From a virus (taxonomy: Duplodnaviria; Caudoviricetes), in IMG/VR virus record IMGVR_UViG_3300017782_000029, positions 1-50,109 of that record: 50,109 bases of DNA. One strand, 5' to 3'. Below are positions 47,098 to 50,109 of the stretch, piece after piece (position 1 is the stretch's first letter; every line of letters starts with the position of its first letter). Position numbers and translations under genes: made by a program. The notes below the pieces were generated by a model, which was not told the origin of the DNA, made no database searches, and was given only the letters and a program-made list of their open reading frames with translations.

Positions 47098-47345
47098 GTT
47101 TCTGGGATGATGCAAAATCAAAATTAAAACCGGCGAAAGCCAACGAAGAAGTAGTAGACTTACAACAAAAACTATCAAAGTTAGAACTTTCTGACATAGA
47201 TTATATTTATGATATGATGTTGAATGGAAACTATAGGGGTAGAGAAATAGAACAAGCAACAACAACTTTTCTAAAAGTTAAGTTTATTAAAGCTATGCTA
47301 GAACAAGGAGATAGTAATGGAAAAGAAGAAGTTAAAAACAGTTAA
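47094..47345 (+). CDS. Hypothetical helical protein (possible fibre chaperone)
   Basis: ATGA-coupled in tail cluster. Confidence 0.65.
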   Translation: MSFWDDAKSKLKPAKANEEVVDLQQKLSKLELSDIDYIYDMMLNGNYRGREIEQATTTFLKVKFIKAMLEQGDSNGKEEVKNS

Positions 47346-47514
47346 GTGCACCACACAAGAACTTGAAGGTATCTGCACACTAATATCAGGTATTGAAGTT
47401 AAAGTAGGCGAAGGAGCTTGGGTGTATGAAATGCACAAAAAATTTATGAAAGCATTTGAAGAGGCGGCTAAAACTGACCCTGATTATGAATTACAAGAAG
47501 TAGACAATGGCTAA
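47317..47514 (+). CDS. Hypothetical protein
   Basis: AAGGAG RBS; overlaps neighbours. Confidence 0.65.
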   Translation: MEKKKLKTVKCTTQELEGICTLISGIEVKVGEGAWVYEMHKKFMKAFEEAAKTDPDYELQEVDNG

Positions 47515-49249
47515 ACAATGGAAACAAGTACAAAGAGCTGACTCTGATTTTGCTGGTAATGTAACCGGCACTTTTGGTAGTAAAGGATTATCTGACTTTT
47601 ATAGAACAGATAATAAACCTACTAAGTCAGATGTTGGTCTTGGCAATTTAGACAATACTAAGTTTTCTGCTGGTAAATTTATTGGTGTATTAGCTAAAGC
47701 AGACGGAACAGCAGTCTTTGACCCTAGTACAGGAGACTTTACTGGTAAGATAGATGGTGAAACTGCCGCTAATATTAAGACTAAAGCTACAGCAGGTAAC
47801 GAAGCTAAAGACGCTGTAGACGGTAATAAAACTATTACAATGGTAGGTGGCTCACTAAGTATTGGTACTCAATCAGGTGGTGTATATCCTTTTAGTGTAG
47901 ATACTTCTGGTAATTTAAAAATTAAGGATGATGAGTTTCAAGCATTAGCAGATGGTACTGTTAACTGTAAGGGTAACTTTACTATTAATCAAGATACTAA
48001 TGGTGATTCTAAAATTGTATTAGCAGGTGATGGTACTGGTACTGCTGAAGTAGAAGTAAATGGTGCTAATCCTACATTTGACCTTGGTGGAGCTAGTCCA
48101 CTTGGTACTTCTACTTTATTTTTAAAAAGAAAATTAACAAGCAATCAAGCTAGAATACAATTTCAAACAGGAACTGGTGCCGGTGCTATGACTAACCAAT
48201 TAAACATTGGGGTGTCTAACAATACAATAAATGGTAGAAAAGACCAGTTTGCAATAAACTATGGACCTATATGGAGTAGTGGAACTGCACCTGAAAGAGG
48301 TTTAACATTTGACTATGATGGCAAAATGGGTGTGTATGCTAACACTAAAACTGTTTCAGGTTTTACATTTGGTAGTGATGGTACTAATAAACACGTATAT
48401 ATTAAAGATGGTGGAATGGGCATTGGTACTACTTCTATATCTGATGATAATCTAAATGTAGCTGGTACAGTAACAGCTAACGCATTTAGTGGTAATGGTG
48501 CAAGTTTAACAAACACACCAAATACTACATACTCTCTTGACATTACTGAGAATAATCCAGATGTTATTTTAGGTTTAAACCCAAGTAGTGGTTCTACTCA
48601 ATATTGGACTCTTGAAGGTAGCGATGGAATTGATATAAATACTAATGAAAGTACTAGAACTAGTTCAATTAGTATTCAGCCGGGTACAATTACTGGAAGT
48701 ATGATTGACAATAATACTATAACAGGAACTCAATTAAATACTTATGCAGTTAATAGTTCTTCTATATTAGGTACGGCTGTAGTAACCGGCGATAAACTTG
48801 CAGATAATTCAGTAACAAAACATAAAGCAAACCTTGGTTGGCATACACAAACAAAAATATTTATACCACCAAGTGAATTTGTGGTTAATGACGATAATGC
48901 TTATGGTAACTTAGCCCTTATTGATAATGGTGGACAAGCTAGGGTAATGTATTCAGCTCACGAAGCTTATGCAAATGTTCCAATACCTGCTGGGTATAAA
49001 GTAACTCATTGGAGAGTAAACGGAACTGCTAGTGTTACAGTATCTCTATCATATTCTACAATAGCGACTAGTACAACTACAAGCTGTCAAGCACCTGCAC
49101 AGCAATATACAAATACTACGAATGTTACTAATCCATCTACAGGCGTTAATGCAGATGAAACAAATGGTAGATATTTAGTTATAGGATGGTTTCCTGCTAA
49201 TACAGCTACTTATCTTTATGGAGCAGTACTAACAATAGCGAAAATATAA
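47507..49249 (+). CDS. Tail fibre / receptor-binding protein
   Basis: [18 protein letters not shown]...[25 protein letters not shown] repeats. Confidence 0.85.
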   Translation: MAKQWKQVQRADSDFAGNVTGTFGSKGLSDFYRTDNKPTKSDVGLGNLDNTKFSAGKFIGVLAKADGTAVFDPSTGDFTGKIDGETAANIKTKATAGNEAKDAVDGNKTITMVGGSLSIGTQSGGVYPFSVDTSGNLKIKDDEFQALADGTVNCKGNFTINQDTNGDSKIVLAGDGTGTAEVEVNGANPTFDLGGASPLGTSTLFLKRKLTSNQARIQFQTGTGAGAMTNQLNIGVSNNTINGRKDQFAINYGPIWSSGTAPERGLTFDYDGKMGVYANTKTVSGFTFGSDGTNKHVYIKDGGMGIGTTSISDDNLNVAGTVTANAFSGNGASLTNTPNTTYSLDITENNPDVILGLNPSSGSTQYWTLEGSDGIDINTNESTRTSSISIQPGTITGSMIDNNTITGTQLNTYAVNSSSILGTAVVTGDKLADNSVTKHKANLGWHTQTKIFIPPSEFVVNDDNAYGNLALIDNGGQARVMYSAHEAYANVPIPAGYKVTHWRVNGTASVTVSLSYSTIATSTTTSCQAPAQQYTNTTNVTNPSTGVNADETNGRYLVIGWFPANTATYLYGAVLTIAKI

Positions 49250-50109
49250 TGGCAAAAGAAAAATTAACAAATTCAAATTTAATTAACTTAACAAGTAAGC
49301 CTACTACCTACAAGACTAAGTCTAAATTGGCTCATATGTATAAGTCAGACGATACTCAAATGAGTGTTGATGAAGACCCTATTTCAAATAACATAATTGA
49401 TGTTATAGAAGAATTAAGAGGGGACTTAAACAAGCTACACGATGATGTACATCATATGTATAAAATGGTATACAATGCTTTTGGTACAGAAGAATCAGAA
49501 AAATGGGCTTCAGCAGGACCTACAGGTCCTAAGGGAAGTACAGGTTCTCAAGGTGCGACAGGACCAGCAGGTTCCGCAGGTTCTAAAGGAGACACGGGTG
49601 CTCAGGGACCAACCGGACCTAAAGGCTCAACTGGTAGTGCCGGAAGTAATGGAACTGACGGAAGTGATGGTGCTAAAGGGGACACAGGAAGCACTGGACC
49701 TCAAGGACCGAAAGGCGACACTGGTTCAGCTGGGGCTAAAGGTGACCCCGGTAATGATGGTAGTGATGGAGCTACTGGAGCAAGAGGTGCTACAGGTGCT
49801 AAAGGTAATGCTGGAACAAATGGCTCAGATGGTGCAAAAGGCGATACTGGCTCTACAGGTCCACAAGGACCAAAAGGAGACACTGGCTCGGCAGGAAGTA
49901 ATGGAACCAACGGTTCAGCTGGAGCTAAGGGCGATAAGGGAGACACTGGCAATACTGGACCCACAGGACCCGCAGGAAGTGCAGGGGCAAAAGGAGACAA
50001 GGGTGACACTGGGGATACTGGTGCCGCTGGAAGTAATGGGACTAATGGAACTAATGGTTCGGCAGGTGCTAAGGGAGATACAGGAAATACCGGACCAACT
50101 GGTCCAACT
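49249..50109 (+). CDS. Collagen-like tail fibre protein (truncated by window end, not in ORF track)
   Basis: MAKEKLTNS... then uninterrupted Gly-X-Y from 49516; TAATG coupling to previous gene. Confidence 0.92.
   Translation, partial: MAKEKLTNSNLINLTSKPTTYKTKSKLAHMYKSDDTQMSVDEDPISNNIIDVIEELRGDLNKLHDDVHHMYKMVYNAFGTEESEKWASAGPTGPKGSTGSQGATGPAGSAGSKGDTGAQGPTGPKGSTGSAGSNGTDGSDGAKGDTGSTGPQGPKGDTGSAGAKGDPGNDGSDGATGARGATGAKGNAGTNGSDGAKGDTGSTGPQGPKGDTGSAGSNGTNGSAGAKGDKGDTGNTGPTGPAGSAGAKGDKGDTGDTGAAGSNGTNGTNGSAGAKGDTGNTGPTGPT
49516..50109 (+). repeat. Collagen Gly-X-Y coding repeat (66 triplets visible)
   Basis: GGN every 9 nt; recurring block [24 protein letters not shown]. Confidence 0.95.

Larger units (their letters stand above)
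1..50109. mobile_element. Tailed dsDNA bacteriophage (podovirus-like) genome segment, probably lytic
   Basis: TerL, P22-like portal, scaffold, capsid, nozzle, ejection proteins, endolysin and replication genes; dense overlapping ORFs; no host housekeeping genes or integrase seen. Confidence 0.97.

Noticed and set aside
49701-50009. Minus-strand Pro-rich ORF in the track
   Set aside because: Shadow of the + strand collagen repeat
1-50109. Alternative genetic code (stop-codon reassignment as in some crAss-like phages)
   Set aside because: Long genes are intact under code 11, and TAA, TAG and TGA all end genes at sensible, coupled boundaries
45124-50109. Diversity-generating retroelement acting on tail fibres
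   Set aside because: No reverse transcriptase and no adenine-variable TR/VR pair seen in the window

Overview
The whole window is an AT-rich tailed dsDNA phage genome segment with podovirus-like architecture. I see no integrase, DNA polymerase, tRNA or CRISPR. The + strand 1-22.2 kb carries lysis genes, tail nozzle, three internal (ejection) proteins and a 3058-aa virion protein. That protein holds a two-barrel (RxP...DLDGD) RNA polymerase core with a GNAT acetyltransferase inserted in it. The - strand 22.3-34.4 kb is the early/replication arm (AEP primase-helicase, Sak4-like ATPase, SSB-like, Gp157, HNH, MazG-like, Arc-like RHH, probable short histone-fold protein). This arm also encodes a complete ubiquitin-like conjugation operon: Ubl ending ...SG-A, E2-fold protein (HPH...C), JAB/JAMM peptidase and ThiF/E1. 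Several intergenic, stem-closed structured RNA-like elements lie in this arm, three of them in tandem. The + strand 34.7-50.1 kb carries terminase, portal, scaffold, major capsid, adaptors and tail fibres, ending in a collagen-like fibre cut by the window end. Codon choices suggest avoidance of GATC, CATG, CCWGG, GCWGC and GGCC. All calls come from motif recognition by eye; no database search was run.
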